Source of the DNA: Alphaproteobacteria bacterium
GTDB lineage: Bacteria; Pseudomonadota; Alphaproteobacteria; UBA7887
Assembly: GCA_965216755.1 (NCBI GenBank)
Contig: CBDCGL010000011.1
Span: forward strand, 448,001 to 512,000
Direction of reading: 5' to 3'
DNA length: 64,000 bases
The notes under the pieces: model-generated
What the model saw: the letters and a program-made list of their open reading frames with translations, nothing else
Databases searched by the model: none
Told to the model about the DNA's origin: nothing
Shown here: piece by piece, positions 1-11,734 of the stretch
How positions within the stretch are numbered: the stretch's first letter is position 1
Layout: each line of letters begins with the position of its first letter
Position numbers and translations under genes: made by a program

Positions 1-23
1 AATAGGGGACCCATGGAGGCAGT

Positions 24-1085
24 TTAGGATGGAATAAAGCATTTTTCCAAAAAGTATTTGTCAATTATGTGGCTGTCCAGTGCCGAAACCGGCTGATATT
101 TGACTACGACCCGGTAGCTTGACCCGTTGGACTTACGACCGTTGATCAGCTCTGTTGGACCCGTGTATTTCGTCTGCCGCTCAATCATGCCGCGGCACAG
201 AGCTCTTTTTCTTCGGCCGGATATCGTGCTGCGCACTTTCAAGGTAAACGTCTCATTCGCGGGATCTGGGAAATATTTTGAAACAAACGCAAATGCTTCG
301 TTGTTGATGTCCAAGATATTCCCATAAGCAGACGTTTGTCCATTGTCGTCCGAAATAACAACGATTGCTTCTGAGGGCTTATGCCTTGGCATCAAACGCA
401 GGTTTGTTTCATTTCCTAAGATAACTTTCTGATTGGCTTTGGCACGTATGTATTTATATATCTTCGCAAACATAGTCCATGTTACCACGATAATCGTTAT
501 TACCTCTTTCCAAATGCACACTTTCCTTCGAATAAGTATTGCGTTGTATCGGGCACGCAGTTTCTTCGGCGCGCCGTGCGGCAAAAAGATTTGTGCCTGG
601 CCGATCAGCCCCGGCTTAACCCTAAATCGCTGATCATATTCGCTTATCTTTTTCGATAGCCTGTCCGCCAGCGCGCGACGCACGGGACGCGGACCGAACA
701 TGTTCATGTCGCCTTTGAGGACGTTCAGAAGTTGCGGCAGCTCATCAAGCCTGGATTCTCGCAGCAGCTTCCCGACGAGAGTCTCCATACGACTTCCTTC
801 GGGCAAGACTCTATCATGACTGATCGCATTGGCCCCGAGTTTAAGGCTTCTAAACTTATAGATTGTGAAGGGCTTGCGATGAAGACCCAGCCTTTCGCCC
901 CGGTAGAATATCGGCGGGCCGGACGTCACAAATACGATGATACATAGTAACGCAAAAAGTGGCATTGCGGACAGCAGGAGAAAAGCTGCACAACCGACGT
1001 TCCACAACCTATAAAGTCTTGATTCATTGGTACAATAACCGAAATAGAATAGTCGTATTGGAGGGTGGGATGAGTGGGATTTCAT
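24..1085 (-). CDS. Priming sugar transferase (Bac_transf family) with C-terminal PilZ-like extension
   Basis: Motifs FTIYKFRSL, LRESRLDELPQLLNVLKGDMNMFGPRP and VKPGLIGQAQI after one TM helix; C-terminus has RLMPR and DINNEAF. Start uncertain (ORF extends to 1163). Confidence 0.85.
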   Translation of the reverse strand: MKSHSSHPPIRLFYFGYCTNESRLYRLWNVGCAAFLLLSAMPLFALLCIIVFVTSGPPIFYRGERLGLHRKPFTIYKFRSLKLGANAISHDRVLPEGSRMETLVGKLLRESRLDELPQLLNVLKGDMNMFGPRPVRRALADRLSKKISEYDQRFRVKPGLIGQAQIFLPHGAPKKLRARYNAILIRRKVCIWKEVITIIVVTWTMFAKIYKYIRAKANQKVILGNETNLRLMPRHKPSEAIVVISDDNGQTSAYGNILDINNEAFAFVSKYFPDPANETFTLKVRSTISGRRKRALCRGMIERQTKYTGPTELINGRKSNGSSYRVVVKYQPVSALDSHIIDKYFLEKCFIPS

Positions 1086-1448
1086 GGTCGGCACGTCGCT
1101 GTCGCGAACCCAGCGCGTTGTCGCGTGTGCGTGTTTGAGTCCTTTTAGGATCATCAAGACCACCGAGCTCGACTATTCTACTTTCAGCGAGGAGCGCAAA
1201 CGTTTTGAGGGTGGAACGTTTGATCGAATTCGGTTCGGTGTCAAGCCATGAAGGCAACAAAATTGGTACTAACAATGCGAAAGTACTGCATACGACTCTG
1301 TTGGCGGATGCATGCGCAACGGTGCTGAGCCTTTTCCTGCGGGCTAGAATGTCTTTACTGGCACGGCGGTATAGCTGCCAATTACAGACGGTGGTCGGCG
1401 TTAGCGGGCGGCCGCGTGACCCGTCGGTGTTGGGACACGTTGATCGGT

Positions 1449-2213
1449 CTATCGGAGATCTTCGCCGTAGCGCTGACGATAGGTCGCGGCCAACGCACGC
1501 TCGCAGAGATGGTTTATGGCCACGGGAATACCTTTGGTGTTTTTATGAATGGCCGCGATGGCGCGTTCATTGAAGAGATTCGTTTTCGCTCCGGCGATAA
1601 GAAGGTGATGCCGAATGTAGGCGCGCGTGTCTTCAAGGCCCAGTGCGCTCATGGTGATATGCGTTGGTTCATAGGGATGCGCGGGATCGCTCCGCGCGCG
1701 CGACAAAGCTGATGATGTTCCCGGACGACCGATGAGCAAGATTTGGAGCAAGCTGCCGTCTTCCGTGGCAGACCCTATGCGCGTCAAAAAGTTGTCCATC
1801 ATCGACGTCGGCAGCTGCTCCGCGCGATCAACGGCCAACAGAGAACGTTTGCCGGCGGCGCGGCGGCTCTGCAAAAACACCTCTAAAGCGTCGTAACGGG
1901 CGTGGACAAATGCGTTGGGAATTTGGCAACGGAATGCGGAGAGTACCGAAAACAGGAATTCATGGGTGGTTCTATTATGGTTTTCGACGGCCGCCCATGC
2001 GATGTCCGCGCCCAATTGTTTGAGGAAACGACGCACGAGCGTTGTTTTGCCCGTGCCTGTTTCCCCGATCAGACGCGTGACGGGTGATCCGCCTGCTAGG
2101 CTGTTCTGAAGAAGCGTCAGTGTTTGAGTGTGGCTCTGACCGACGTAGAGGGCGTTGGCATCCGGCAAGATCGAAAAAGGTTTGGATCGAAGTCCAAAGT
2201 ACGCTTGATACAT
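1449..2213 (-). CDS. ExeA/GspA-like AAA ATPase (EPS/PEP-CTERM-associated type)
   Basis: N-terminal MYQAYFGLRSKPFSILPD, Walker A GETGTGKT, C-terminal KGIPVAINHLCERAL; Walker B degenerate (VDRAE). Confidence 0.8.
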   Translation of the reverse strand: MYQAYFGLRSKPFSILPDANALYVGQSHTQTLTLLQNSLAGGSPVTRLIGETGTGKTTLVRRFLKQLGADIAWAAVENHNRTTHEFLFSVLSAFRCQIPNAFVHARYDALEVFLQSRRAAGKRSLLAVDRAEQLPTSMMDNFLTRIGSATEDGSLLQILLIGRPGTSSALSRARSDPAHPYEPTHITMSALGLEDTRAYIRHHLLIAGAKTNLFNERAIAAIHKNTKGIPVAINHLCERALAATYRQRYGEDLR

Positions 2214-2372
2214 TCCAAGTTGTCCGTGTTACGCGTGCGGTTCGTCCAATTCCGCCATGCATCTCATGTGGCGACTGCGATACTGCCAATTTTGCGCAAA
2301 GGCCACCAAAGCATGACGTACAGGTGAAAGATGTGTCAACCAATGGGCGCCGCGGGCAGGGCACATCAGAGG

Positions 2373-3836
2373 TCAAGGGTTGGCTCGTGCTTTCGAGCTC
2401 TCGAGCACGTTCGCGTCTGGCAGCGGTGCAACGCTCTTAGTCGGCATTTGAGAAACGGAGCTTCGGACTGCTATGCGGGAGAGCGCGAGGGTCATGCCGA
2501 TAAAGAACCACAGATATTTGTTGAATGTGCTCGACAAAAAGGCGGCTTGAATGAGGATGCTCACGAATGAAAATTGAAGTGCTTCGGAAACCGTTTGCAA
2601 TGATTGAGATGTGCAATGCCTGCGCAATGCGCCTAGATTTTGCAAACATAGTAGTAGTAAGCTAATGAAAAGGACAAATCCCAAAATGCCAACCTCAACG
2701 GCGACCTGTAGATAGATATTGTGCAGGGGGCGATCGCTCGCGGTTCGTCCGGGAACCCAGCGGTATTCAAAATCGGAAAAGGCGCCTGGGAAATTACCGA
2801 TACCAATGCCAAAGAAACCGTTTGTTGACAAAAGGTCCAAGCCGATAACGTGGTAGCTAATCCGTCTCAACACCGTTCGGTCTTGGCCCGGGTCCAGCAA
2901 GATCTCAAATCGGTCACCAAGTGCGCCAGGTAGAACTTGTAACGTTGCGATGACAACAAGGCCGAATATGACCGTCATAAGTGCAAAACTATAGTTTTTT
3001 CGAAACTTCAACAGGAACCAGAGAAGCATGATGAAATACGTGGCGGTCGTATGCCGCGTGAGTGTAAAGAAAATGGCCATGGTTCCGAAGGCAACCGTCG
3101 GCACTGTAAGCACGCGCGTTCGTGGCTCACGAGCGGCAAGAATGAGCGCCAGCGTTGTACCGGCAAGCAGCATTGACGCGGCCAGCGTCGGGGCTTCTTT
3201 GGAGGCACCGGAAGATCGGTAGACGTTTTCCCACGTGCTGATCGCCGCGCCTTCAATGTCGGGAAGCAGTTGCGAACCTGCGACCCAATCGCCAATGACA
3301 AATAACCCAGACACGAGGGTCGAACCCATAATTGCGTATAAAAGGTACTTCAGCCGTTGTTCGGAATTGGCCAAAGCCATTATCAAGAATACCAAAATGC
3401 AAACACTCGCGAAGTTGCCAAGTGCGTCGATTGATGCGGCTGTATCGTTGGCAAACAAAGCCGAAAGTAATACAGCGATCGCAAACAATATTAGCAATTT
3501 GATTGCCGTATTGTCTGCGACTGGATGGTGGGCGGTGTTGTGGTAGCGTTCATTGCTCAGAACAAACCCTGCGAATGTCAGGCCCGCGAGGATTTCGATC
3601 CCAGATACGGGGGCCCAGGCAAACAAGAGCGCGGCGAGAGCGTCGATTTGTGTCAGAAAAGCCAGCGCCAGCAGCCCCAGAAACGGGCTTCTGATGACCC
3701 ACAGGGCGCACGCCGCCGCGATCGGCAGAACCAATAAAGATACGGCAGATATGTCGCTGTTTCGGACAAGCAGAAGCGATCCGGCGAAGGCCGTTCCGAG
3801 TCCCAATGCGAAAAACCCAGCAGAACTTCTTGACAA
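2373..3836 (-). CDS. O-antigen ligase/Wzy_C family membrane protein
   Basis: Many TM helices; FGIGIGNF and LHNIYLQVAVEVGILG motifs. Confidence 0.85.
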   Translation of the reverse strand: MSRSSAGFFALGLGTAFAGSLLLVRNSDISAVSLLVLPIAAACALWVIRSPFLGLLALAFLTQIDALAALLFAWAPVSGIEILAGLTFAGFVLSNERYHNTAHHPVADNTAIKLLILFAIAVLLSALFANDTAASIDALGNFASVCILVFLIMALANSEQRLKYLLYAIMGSTLVSGLFVIGDWVAGSQLLPDIEGAAISTWENVYRSSGASKEAPTLAASMLLAGTTLALILAAREPRTRVLTVPTVAFGTMAIFFTLTRHTTATYFIMLLWFLLKFRKNYSFALMTVIFGLVVIATLQVLPGALGDRFEILLDPGQDRTVLRRISYHVIGLDLLSTNGFFGIGIGNFPGAFSDFEYRWVPGRTASDRPLHNIYLQVAVEVGILGFVLFISLLLLCLQNLGALRRHCTSQSLQTVSEALQFSFVSILIQAAFLSSTFNKYLWFFIGMTLALSRIAVRSSVSQMPTKSVAPLPDANVLESSKARANP

Positions 3837-4084
3837 TTATGGCCTCGATCTTTGCAGCCTGTTTCCGGACGCGACTTGGCCCAGAATAAACGATCTTTCG
3901 AGAATCTCTAATGTTCATGGACACTTGTGAAAACCGGCATCGTTGTCGGCAGAATCGTTCGAGCGCTTCCGGCCATGCAGTGTGTCGCAGGTGAAGCCGC
4001 TGGACCGCCCGCGGGTAGGGATTTTCGGGCATTTCGCGATGGCGGGCTGGTTGGGTCGTCGTGATTTAGGGGCCCGATCGGGGA

Positions 4085-4350
4085 CTAGTTGCCGATCGCG
4101 CGGTATTGCCTGACGGGGTTGTAATAGCACCGCCATTTCTCGATCAGCACTTTCGCCTCGTGCGGCGTGTAGAAGATTTCGCCGTCCAACAATTCGCCCG
4201 CTATCTTGCTATTGAATGACTGGTTGTAGCCATTCTCCCATGGCAGGTCTGGCTCGATGTAGAAGGTCTTCACGCCGACCCGCGGCAACCAGTTCCGTAC
4301 CGCGGTCGCGGTGAACTCAGCGTGAATGTCCGACCGGATATGATCCGGCG
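4085..4350 (-). pseudogene. IS3-family transposase OrfB C-terminal fragment
   Basis: PDHIRSD..EFTA, IEPDLPWENGYNQSFNSK, IEKWRCYYN; N-terminal part missing. Confidence 0.8.
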
Positions 4351-4414
4351 GGCCGGTGTAGATCTGTGGGCGCTCGCGAGACATCTCTTGTGATTTTTTT
4401 TTGGGGGCGGGAAG

Positions 4415-5120
4415 ATGTCGTCGATGACCAACGATCAACGCGAGATTTGGTGGAAGCCGCGTTTTTTTCGACATGCGGAGAGCAGTGACTCGGTATCCAA
4501 GACGTGTCGATATTTCGGCGCGGGCTGCGCAAGCTTCTATCGCTGGCAAAATGCTTTTCGGGAGCGTGGCGCAGCCGGCCTGGTCAACGCCCGATCGGTA
4601 CCGCACCGACATCCGGACAAAACGCCGTCGGAGATCGCTGTCAAGTTCTCCATCTGCGGCGGATATACCGTCTTGGGCCAATTCGGAACGTCCGGTACCT
4701 GGACCGTTGTCATGGCATCAAGATCTCGGATGCTGGCGTCTATCGAATCCGCAAGCGCAACGGTCTGAATAGACTTCCCTGTGGCACACGGTTGCGCAAG
4801 GTCCACACCAAGCGATACGTCAAGCAGGTTCCGGGCCATCACATCCAATGGATGTCAAGTTTCTGACCTTCCGTGGCAAACGCGGTCAGAAGATCAAACG
4901 CTATCAGTAAACGGCCATTGACGATGCAACCTCTGTCCGCGCTCTCAAAATATGCGAGCGACATACCCAGCCCAACGCCTCCGATTTCGTTGACTATGTC
5001 ATCGACAAATTCCCGTTCAGGATCCGAGAAATCCGGGCCGATAACGGGCACGAATTACAGGCCAAGTTCCACTGGCACGTGGAGGACAAAGGCGTCAAAC
5101 ACGCCTCCATCAAAACCAGA
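4415..5120 (+). pseudogene. IS481-family transposase, frameshifted and truncated
   Basis: HTH VSKTCRYFG..SFYRW; continues in another frame with YRLGPIR and KRYVKQVPGHHIQ; broken over several frames. Confidence 0.75.
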
Positions 5121-5195
5121 TCAAACAATCACTGCCCAAACTTCTTCAGCAGCCTGCTGGTACGACCCTTCCAAAAGCGCCGTCGCACGCAAGGC

Positions 5196-7469
5196 TCATT
5201 CAGCCGCCTGGCGGGTGAGTTCCGGGGCGCGTATTCGATCGGCGCGTTTGCGGCGGGCGACAAGCGGCGGGCACACGGTGTCATCGAAGTAGTCGACCTG
5301 ACAGTCGAGGCATTGGTAGCACTCGTTCATATCGATGCCGCCGTCGACTTTGATCGCGCCGATCGGACAGGAAGCGCGGCAAACCTGGCATGGGCTGCCG
5401 CATTCGGGGCGCCGCTTGAGCCAATCCAACAAGTGGAAGCGGCCGAGGATCGCAAGGGCGCCACCCAGCGGGCACAAGAACCGACAAAAAAACCGCTCGA
5501 TGGTTAGGCCGATGGCAAGCAGCAGGCCAGCGTAAAGAAGATATGGCCAACTGCGCGCGAAACCGACCACGATCGCGGTCTTGAAGGGTTCGACTTCCGC
5601 CGCCTTGATTGCCGCCTCCATGGAAAACAATGCCAGACCGAAGACGACAAACACGACGACGTACTTGACCGCCCACAGACGTTCTTGAAGGGTTTCCGGT
5701 ACCGTGATCTGCGGCACCTTTAGCCACTGGGCAATCTTGCCGAGGATCTCTTGGAGCGCGCCAAACGGACAGAGCCAGCCGCAGAACACACCCCGTCCCC
5801 ACAGGACAAGTGTGATCGCGACGTAAAGCGACAAAAGGAAAATTAGTGGATCGAGCAGGAAAAGAACGGGATCCAAGTCGGCGAAGGCAGATTCGAAGTA
5901 CGTGATGATGTTGATGCTGGTGAGCTGGGCGTCCTTGTACCAGCCAAGCCAGACAAGAATAACGACGAGGAAGCCGAAGCGGACCGCGGCGTGAACCCGA
6001 CGATTTCGAACATATTTGTGTTGAAACACAATCAGCAGCGTGAGAACGGCAAGAATCACCGCCAAAATCGCGATATCAACGCGCCGCTCCAGCCAGATCG
6101 TCTGCCACTCATTGAGTGTGCTCACGCGCACCTGACCGAGCAGGGCATAGACCGGCTCTTTAAATCCGGCCTCTTCCAATGCGAAGTCGTTGCCCATCAC
6201 GAACGCCGCCGGAATTCGGTAGGGAACGGTAACATAAGCCGGTTCGGTCCCGGTGGGCGCGCCCACGGCATCGGGCCTGATTTCGATGCGAAGCGCCCAG
6301 GGCTCGAACGGATCGAAGCCATCGCGCGGGCGCAGCCGGAAAAGCTCCTGCTCCTTGAAGCGTGGCGCACCGTGGACCCGAACGGCGTTGTGCTTGAGCA
6401 TCTTGTCGCGTGTCAGAGCGATGGTCTTGCCATTCTGAACAATTGCGACGCGTTCGAAATTGCTCCGGACGTTCGTCCGGACTTGACCCGAGCCCAAAAC
6501 TCGATACTTGCCAAGGGCGGCGATCAGAACGATTTGATCGCCCAGGCTGACCTGCGCCATGTTGAAATTGTGCCAGCGCTGGCCGTAGACATTGCGGCCG
6601 ATACCATCCGGCGTGACCATGCCGGTGTAGACCTCGAAAAACGTGCCGTCCGGCGGTCGCTGGCGAAACGCGGTAAGATCCAAATCAGCTGGAAAAGCTG
6701 CTGCAGCGTCGGCATTGGTGATCGTAAGACGTCCGATGTCTGCGGCCGCGATCAAGTCGCGCCACCGTCGATCCTCGCGACTAACCACACTGATGGATTG
6801 ATTACCGGCGGTGAGATTCCCGGTAGGTGAGGTCGCCAGCAGACCATCGTTACCGGCAAGCTGGCTTCCAAGATCGATTGAGAGCCCGGCCTTGTTGGTT
6901 TGCGCCTGAACCAAGCCTGTTATCATGGCGACCTTGCGCGCAGAAGCGAAAGCGGCACTTCTCATCAGTTTCGAACTGACCGTCGCGCCGGAGACGCCGT
7001 CGACCGCCGCGCGTTGGGTGGCGCGGTTCGCGCGCATTGTCGGAAGATTTTTCAAGCGATCGAGAAAGGCCTGCAGCAAATCGCCGCGGATCATGCTGGG
7101 ACCGATGATCGGCTCGTAGTGCTCGAGCAATATGATGCCCTTCAGATCGGCCGCGAGATCGATGCCAACGAGAATGTCGTATGGTTCGCCGGCAAATCCG
7201 GTCGAGCGCACGGTGTCGTGGGTCGACATTAAATAGCCGACAACTTCGCCCCCAATCACCACCGGCACGGATGGTGGATCGCCGGTAACTTCGCCGATAC
7301 CTTCGGCTCCGGGGAAGGCCTGCTGCAACACCTCCGGCGTGATACGCGTACCGAGTGGATCCTCCATGCCGGCCATGGCCGCGCTGGCGGACCAGCAGGC
7401 GACAATACACAGCCACACGTAGGTGAGCGCGATTCGTGGCCCTGGCGTCACAAAATGACGTTCTGCCAT
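5196..7469 (-). CDS. nosR: NosR/NirI-family FMN-binding, Fe-S membrane protein
   Basis: Flavinylation motif DGVSGAT; CGWLCP and CRFLCP motifs; C-terminal ferredoxin motifs CGSPCQVCRASCP and CYQCLDC; TM helices. Confidence 0.85.
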   Translation of the reverse strand: MAERHFVTPGPRIALTYVWLCIVACWSASAAMAGMEDPLGTRITPEVLQQAFPGAEGIGEVTGDPPSVPVVIGGEVVGYLMSTHDTVRSTGFAGEPYDILVGIDLAADLKGIILLEHYEPIIGPSMIRGDLLQAFLDRLKNLPTMRANRATQRAAVDGVSGATVSSKLMRSAAFASARKVAMITGLVQAQTNKAGLSIDLGSQLAGNDGLLATSPTGNLTAGNQSISVVSREDRRWRDLIAAADIGRLTITNADAAAAFPADLDLTAFRQRPPDGTFFEVYTGMVTPDGIGRNVYGQRWHNFNMAQVSLGDQIVLIAALGKYRVLGSGQVRTNVRSNFERVAIVQNGKTIALTRDKMLKHNAVRVHGAPRFKEQELFRLRPRDGFDPFEPWALRIEIRPDAVGAPTGTEPAYVTVPYRIPAAFVMGNDFALEEAGFKEPVYALLGQVRVSTLNEWQTIWLERRVDIAILAVILAVLTLLIVFQHKYVRNRRVHAAVRFGFLVVILVWLGWYKDAQLTSINIITYFESAFADLDPVLFLLDPLIFLLSLYVAITLVLWGRGVFCGWLCPFGALQEILGKIAQWLKVPQITVPETLQERLWAVKYVVVFVVFGLALFSMEAAIKAAEVEPFKTAIVVGFARSWPYLLYAGLLLAIGLTIERFFCRFLCPLGGALAILGRFHLLDWLKRRPECGSPCQVCRASCPIGAIKVDGGIDMNECYQCLDCQVDYFDDTVCPPLVARRKRADRIRAPELTRQAAE

Positions 7470-7761
7470 GCGAGTCCTCGTTCAAGCTATCCACGCGGGA
7501 AGCCCGATCGAACTCGCCGCACTGCTGTTAAACACTTGGCGTACAGGGAAATCAACTGCTACCGGACGAAATACAGCGCAAATGACGCCCTAGCTAGCGC
7601 TGGGCGCGCTCTTGAGGGCTTCCTGCAAGGTTTGACCCAGTTCGGGCTGTTGATGCGGCGCGTTGCCAAAATGGGTTGAGAGCTTCGATTTCTGCCAATA
7701 GCCTTCACGCCCGTGTTCCAATTGAGGAATTTGGGGAAGTATTTTCTGATAGGGAGGTCCA

Positions 7762-8154
7762 ATGACGCGCGCGGAGTTGAGACAGCTCGTAGTAGCGTTC
7801 ACGGACGCATTCAATCGGGAGGATCTGGACGGCGTCATGGCCTATATGGCCGAAGACGCGCTCTATGACGAATTCAACGGTCATCGCACCGAGGGCGCGG
7901 CCGAAATCCGCAAGGCGTTCGAGCCGCAGTTTGCCGGCAAGTTCGGAACCATGCGCTTCCGCGGGGAAGACCTGATCGTCGACGCGGAAGCGAGGTCCGC
8001 GATGATCTCATGGACCTGTACACTTGAAACGCCAGAGCGCTTCGGCGGATGGCGCGGACTGGACCTTCTGTTCTTTAACGATGCGGGCAAGATCGTCCGC
8101 AAGGAAACTTACGCCAAGACCGAAAAACCGGCTATGCGGCGTCTTAAACGCTAG
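7762..8154 (+). CDS. SnoaL/NTF2-like protein
   Basis: FTDAFNREDLDGVMAYMAEDA...GLDLLFFNDAGKIVRKETY; RBS GGAGG upstream. Confidence 0.85.
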   Translation: MTRAELRQLVVAFTDAFNREDLDGVMAYMAEDALYDEFNGHRTEGAAEIRKAFEPQFAGKFGTMRFRGEDLIVDAEARSAMISWTCTLETPERFGGWRGLDLLFFNDAGKIVRKETYAKTEKPAMRRLKR

Positions 8155-8355
8155 CACGAAATACGCAGCGAGGATTGTGTTGCCCCGGATCTCTGAGGTT
8201 TGGCTGGCGAGGCCGCTCTCGGGGCAATTCGGACCCGCTCCACTGCGGCCCGTGAAGCTCCCTCGTGACGCGAACCGGTCATGGTGGCATTTTCGGCGGG
8301 CGCGACTCCGGAATTTGGAACCGCACGGAAAAACGACCCGGATGGGGATCCATTC

Positions 8356-9190
8356 TTACGACGTGTGGCGGTCGAGGAAGTCGAGAATTGCCGCGTTAAC
8401 CATGGGATCGTTATCCTCATGCATTAAATGCGACGCCTTGCTGATCTCGACAAAGTCGGAAGCTGGCAGTAACTCGCGCAATCGGCCAGTGCGTTTGCAG
8501 AGGAAACGCGGACTATCTTCGCCGGCTAAGAGTAAAGCTGGGGCACGCACACCGCGTACTTGTGCATCAGTGAGCGGTGGGAAGCCGGCGCCCAGAAGCT
8601 GCGCCCGGTCGGTCTTTTGATTGTCACGCACTTGCTGTTTGCGCGCCTCGCTCAACCGCTCGAAGCTTGCTTTGCCGAGCACGCCGCAACCAAATATTCG
8701 CATCGCGGCCGCGTCGTCACCGCGCCGATATGCTTTCTCAGCGGGCGCGAATGCGGTGGCCGGGCGAGTAAACAAGAGCCGAAGCAATTCCCGGGGCCGC
8801 GGGGGCGCACTTACAAACAACGGCATCACGGGCGGCTCCATCAAGACCAAGCTGCGCACCAACTCGGGATAGCGGATTGCCATGAGCAGGCTAATGAAGC
8901 CGCCCCAAAAAATGGCCGACCAAGTGCGCGTTCGTCAGATCCAACGCCTTCAGAAAAGCGGCCAAGTCCTCCACGTGCCGCAGCATTCGATCGTCCACGC
9001 CAGGTTCGATGTCGATGTTTGGCGGGGCATAGCGTCGGCTGTAGGCCATCGCTCGATAATGGGCACCCACCGCGGACACCTGATCTTGCCCAGTTTCGCG
9101 GATCGGATGCGCTTCCGTGGACGAAGACCACTGGCTCGCCGGTACCTTGCTCGTCGTAGGCGAGGCGGGTTCCGTTGGCCGAAACGTTGC
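8356..9190 (-). pseudogene. Alpha/beta hydrolase pseudogene
   Basis: Pieces in three frames: GEPVVFVHGS, HLVGH (frameshift at an A-run near 8907 destroys the GHSxG nucleophile motif), and YPELVRSLVLMEP...ASHLMHEDN. Confidence 0.75.
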
Positions 9191-9507
9191 TCAGGCTATC
9201 AAGTGAAATTGTCGTCTGGACGGACAGCGTACAAAACCCGGGACCAGCGTCAATGACCGAACTAAACTCGATTGCCGAGGCGCCTTTGATCTGGTCTCGT
9301 TCGTGGCGCCGCATCGTCGGGGTCGGGCTTCGAGCGCGAATGGCTCACAGGTCTCTTTGATGGTCGCAGTGTCCTTAATTGGGAGCTGAATCTGTAGATC
9401 GGCGTGGAATAAGGACCCCAGTATTGGGGTGATCGGCGTCCAAAAAGGCCCCTCCCTGATACGAGGGTCCATTGTGCTCCCGATTCGAATCGGGGGCCGA
9501 GTTTGGG

Positions 9508-11073
9508 ATGCTGGTAGTGGAGACGATCGCGAAGATCCGGCGGGCGTATTTTCAACAACAGAAGCCGATCAAGCAGATTTGCCGGGAGCTGAAGGTCTCG
9601 CGGAAGGTTGTCCGCAAAGTGATCCGCTCCGGGAAGACGGAATTCATTTACGAGCGGTCGGTTCAGCCCAGGCCGAAGATCGGCCCCTGGCGGAACGAGC
9701 TCGATCACATGCTCACGGAGAATGCGCGCCGTCCTAAGCGCGAGCGCTTAACACTGGTTCGTATTTTCGAAGAGCTCCGCGGTCTTGGCTATGAAGGCGG
9801 ATACGACGCGGTTCGGCGCTATGCCGCATCCTGGATCCGGCAGACATGCGCAGCGTCTGCATCGGCCTTCGTGCCGCTGAGCTTCGATCCGGGCGAAGCA
9901 TATCAGTTCGACTGGAGCCACGAGATTGTCCTGATCAACGGGGTCACCACGACGGTGAAGGCGGCACATGTTCGGCTCTGCCATAGCCGGATGCCGTTCG
10001 TCCGCGCCTACCCCCGCGAGACGCAAGAGATGGTGTTCGATGCCCACGATCGAGCTTTCGCTTTCTTCAAGGGCGCGTGTGCGCGCGGCATTTACGACAA
10101 CATGAAGACGGCGGTCGACGCAATCTTCGTCGGCCGGGAACGCGCCTACAATCGCCGGTTCCTGCAAATGTGCGGGCATTACCTTGTCGAGCCGGTGGCC
10201 TGCACGCCGGCCTCGGGTTGGGAGAAGGGACAGGTTGAGAACCAAGTCGGTGTCATACGTCGTCGGTTCTTCACGCCACGGCTGCGGTTCAAGACCTACC
10301 GGGACCTCAACGCATGGCTGCTCGATCGCTGCATCGCCTGGGCAAAGGCGCATCCACACCCGGACAGGCGCGACAAGACTGTCTGGGAAATGTTCGAGGC
10401 CGAACGCGCAAGTCTTGTCCCCTATACCGGTCCCTTCGACGGCTTCCACGCCGTGCCGGCATCAGTGTCCAAGACCTGCCTGGTCCGGTTTGATTGCAAC
10501 CGCTACTCGGTCAATGCCACAGCCGTTGGCCGGCCGGTGGAGATACGCGCCTATGCCGAACAGGTGGAGTTCTGGCAAGGCGGTCAGATTGTCGGCCGCC
10601 ATGCCCGTGTCTTCTGCCGTGACAAAACGGTCTACGATCCTTGGCATTACATCCCGGTTCTTGCTCGCAAACCCGGTGCGTTGCGCAATGGAGCACCGTT
10701 CAAGGACTGGTCGCTTCCAACCGCCATGAAGCAGGTGCGGCGGAAGCTGCGGAACATTGCAAACGGTGACCGGCAAATGGTGGACATCCTTGGCGCGGTG
10801 CTGACCGACGGTCTGCCGGCGGTGGAGGCCGCTTGCGCCGAAGCGCTTCGCGAGGGCGTGTCTTCTGCCGACGTCATTCTCAACATCCTGGCGCGGCAGA
10901 GAGAACCCGGCCCACCGGTGAGCATCGCAACGCCAGAAGCGCTGCGACTTCAGTGTGAACCTGCCGCCGATTGTGCCCGTTACGACAGCCTCAGGAGATC
11001 CAACCATGGAAAGACTGCAAGTTCTCGACGCGATGGGACAGCTCAAGCTCTACGGCATGAAGGCCGCCTATGA
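9508..11073 (+). CDS. istA: IS21 transposase IstA
   Basis: N-terminal [31 protein letters not shown]. Confidence 0.95.
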   Translation: MLVVETIAKIRRAYFQQQKPIKQICRELKVSRKVVRKVIRSGKTEFIYERSVQPRPKIGPWRNELDHMLTENARRPKRERLTLVRIFEELRGLGYEGGYDAVRRYAASWIRQTCAASASAFVPLSFDPGEAYQFDWSHEIVLINGVTTTVKAAHVRLCHSRMPFVRAYPRETQEMVFDAHDRAFAFFKGACARGIYDNMKTAVDAIFVGRERAYNRRFLQMCGHYLVEPVACTPASGWEKGQVENQVGVIRRRFFTPRLRFKTYRDLNAWLLDRCIAWAKAHPHPDRRDKTVWEMFEAERASLVPYTGPFDGFHAVPASVSKTCLVRFDCNRYSVNATAVGRPVEIRAYAEQVEFWQGGQIVGRHARVFCRDKTVYDPWHYIPVLARKPGALRNGAPFKDWSLPTAMKQVRRKLRNIANGDRQMVDILGAVLTDGLPAVEAACAEALREGVSSADVILNILARQREPGPPVSIATPEALRLQCEPAADCARYDSLRRSNHGKTASSRRDGTAQALRHEGRL

Positions 11074-11734
11074 CGAGATTCTCGTCAGCGCTGTAAAGCG
11101 CCAGCATGAACCGCAGAAGATCATCGGTGACCTCCTTCATGCCGAGATCAGCGAAAAGCAAGCACGTTCGATCAAGTATCAGATGACCATCGCCAAGCTA
11201 CCGCTGGCCAAGGAGATCGAAGAATTCGACTTCAACGAGACGCCGGTCAACGAGACTTTGGTGCGCGATCTGGCTGGCGGCGCATTCCTGCAGCACCAGC
11301 GCAACTTGATCCTGATCGGCGGTACCGGCACAGGAAAAACCCATCTCGCTGTGGGCATCGCCCGCGCCTGCATTCGGGACGGGGCGCGGGGACGGTTCTT
11401 CAATGTCGTCGACCTCGTCAACAAGCTCGACGCCGAAGCGCGCGCCGACCGGCAAGGGCGCATGGCCGACCTTCTGTGCCGACTGGACTTTCTGATCCTC
11501 GATGAACTCGGCTATCTGCCCTTTGCACAGACCGGCGGTCAGTTGCTCTTCCATCTCATCAGCCGTCTCTACGAGCGCACGACGATCATCGTATCCACCA
11601 ACCTGACCTTCGGCGAATGGCCGAGCGTGTTCGGAGATGCAAAGATGACGACGGCACTGCTTGACCGGCTGACACATCACTGCGACATCGTCGAAACAGG
11701 CAATGAGAGCTGGCGCTTCAAAAACCGCGCCTGA
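11006..11734 (+). CDS. istB: IS21 helper ATPase IstB
   Basis: [27 protein letters not shown]; RBS AGGAG upstream. Confidence 0.95.
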   Translation: MERLQVLDAMGQLKLYGMKAAYDEILVSAVKRQHEPQKIIGDLLHAEISEKQARSIKYQMTIAKLPLAKEIEEFDFNETPVNETLVRDLAGGAFLQHQRNLILIGGTGTGKTHLAVGIARACIRDGARGRFFNVVDLVNKLDAEARADRQGRMADLLCRLDFLILDELGYLPFAQTGGQLLFHLISRLYERTTIIVSTNLTFGEWPSVFGDAKMTTALLDRLTHHCDIVETGNESWRFKNRA

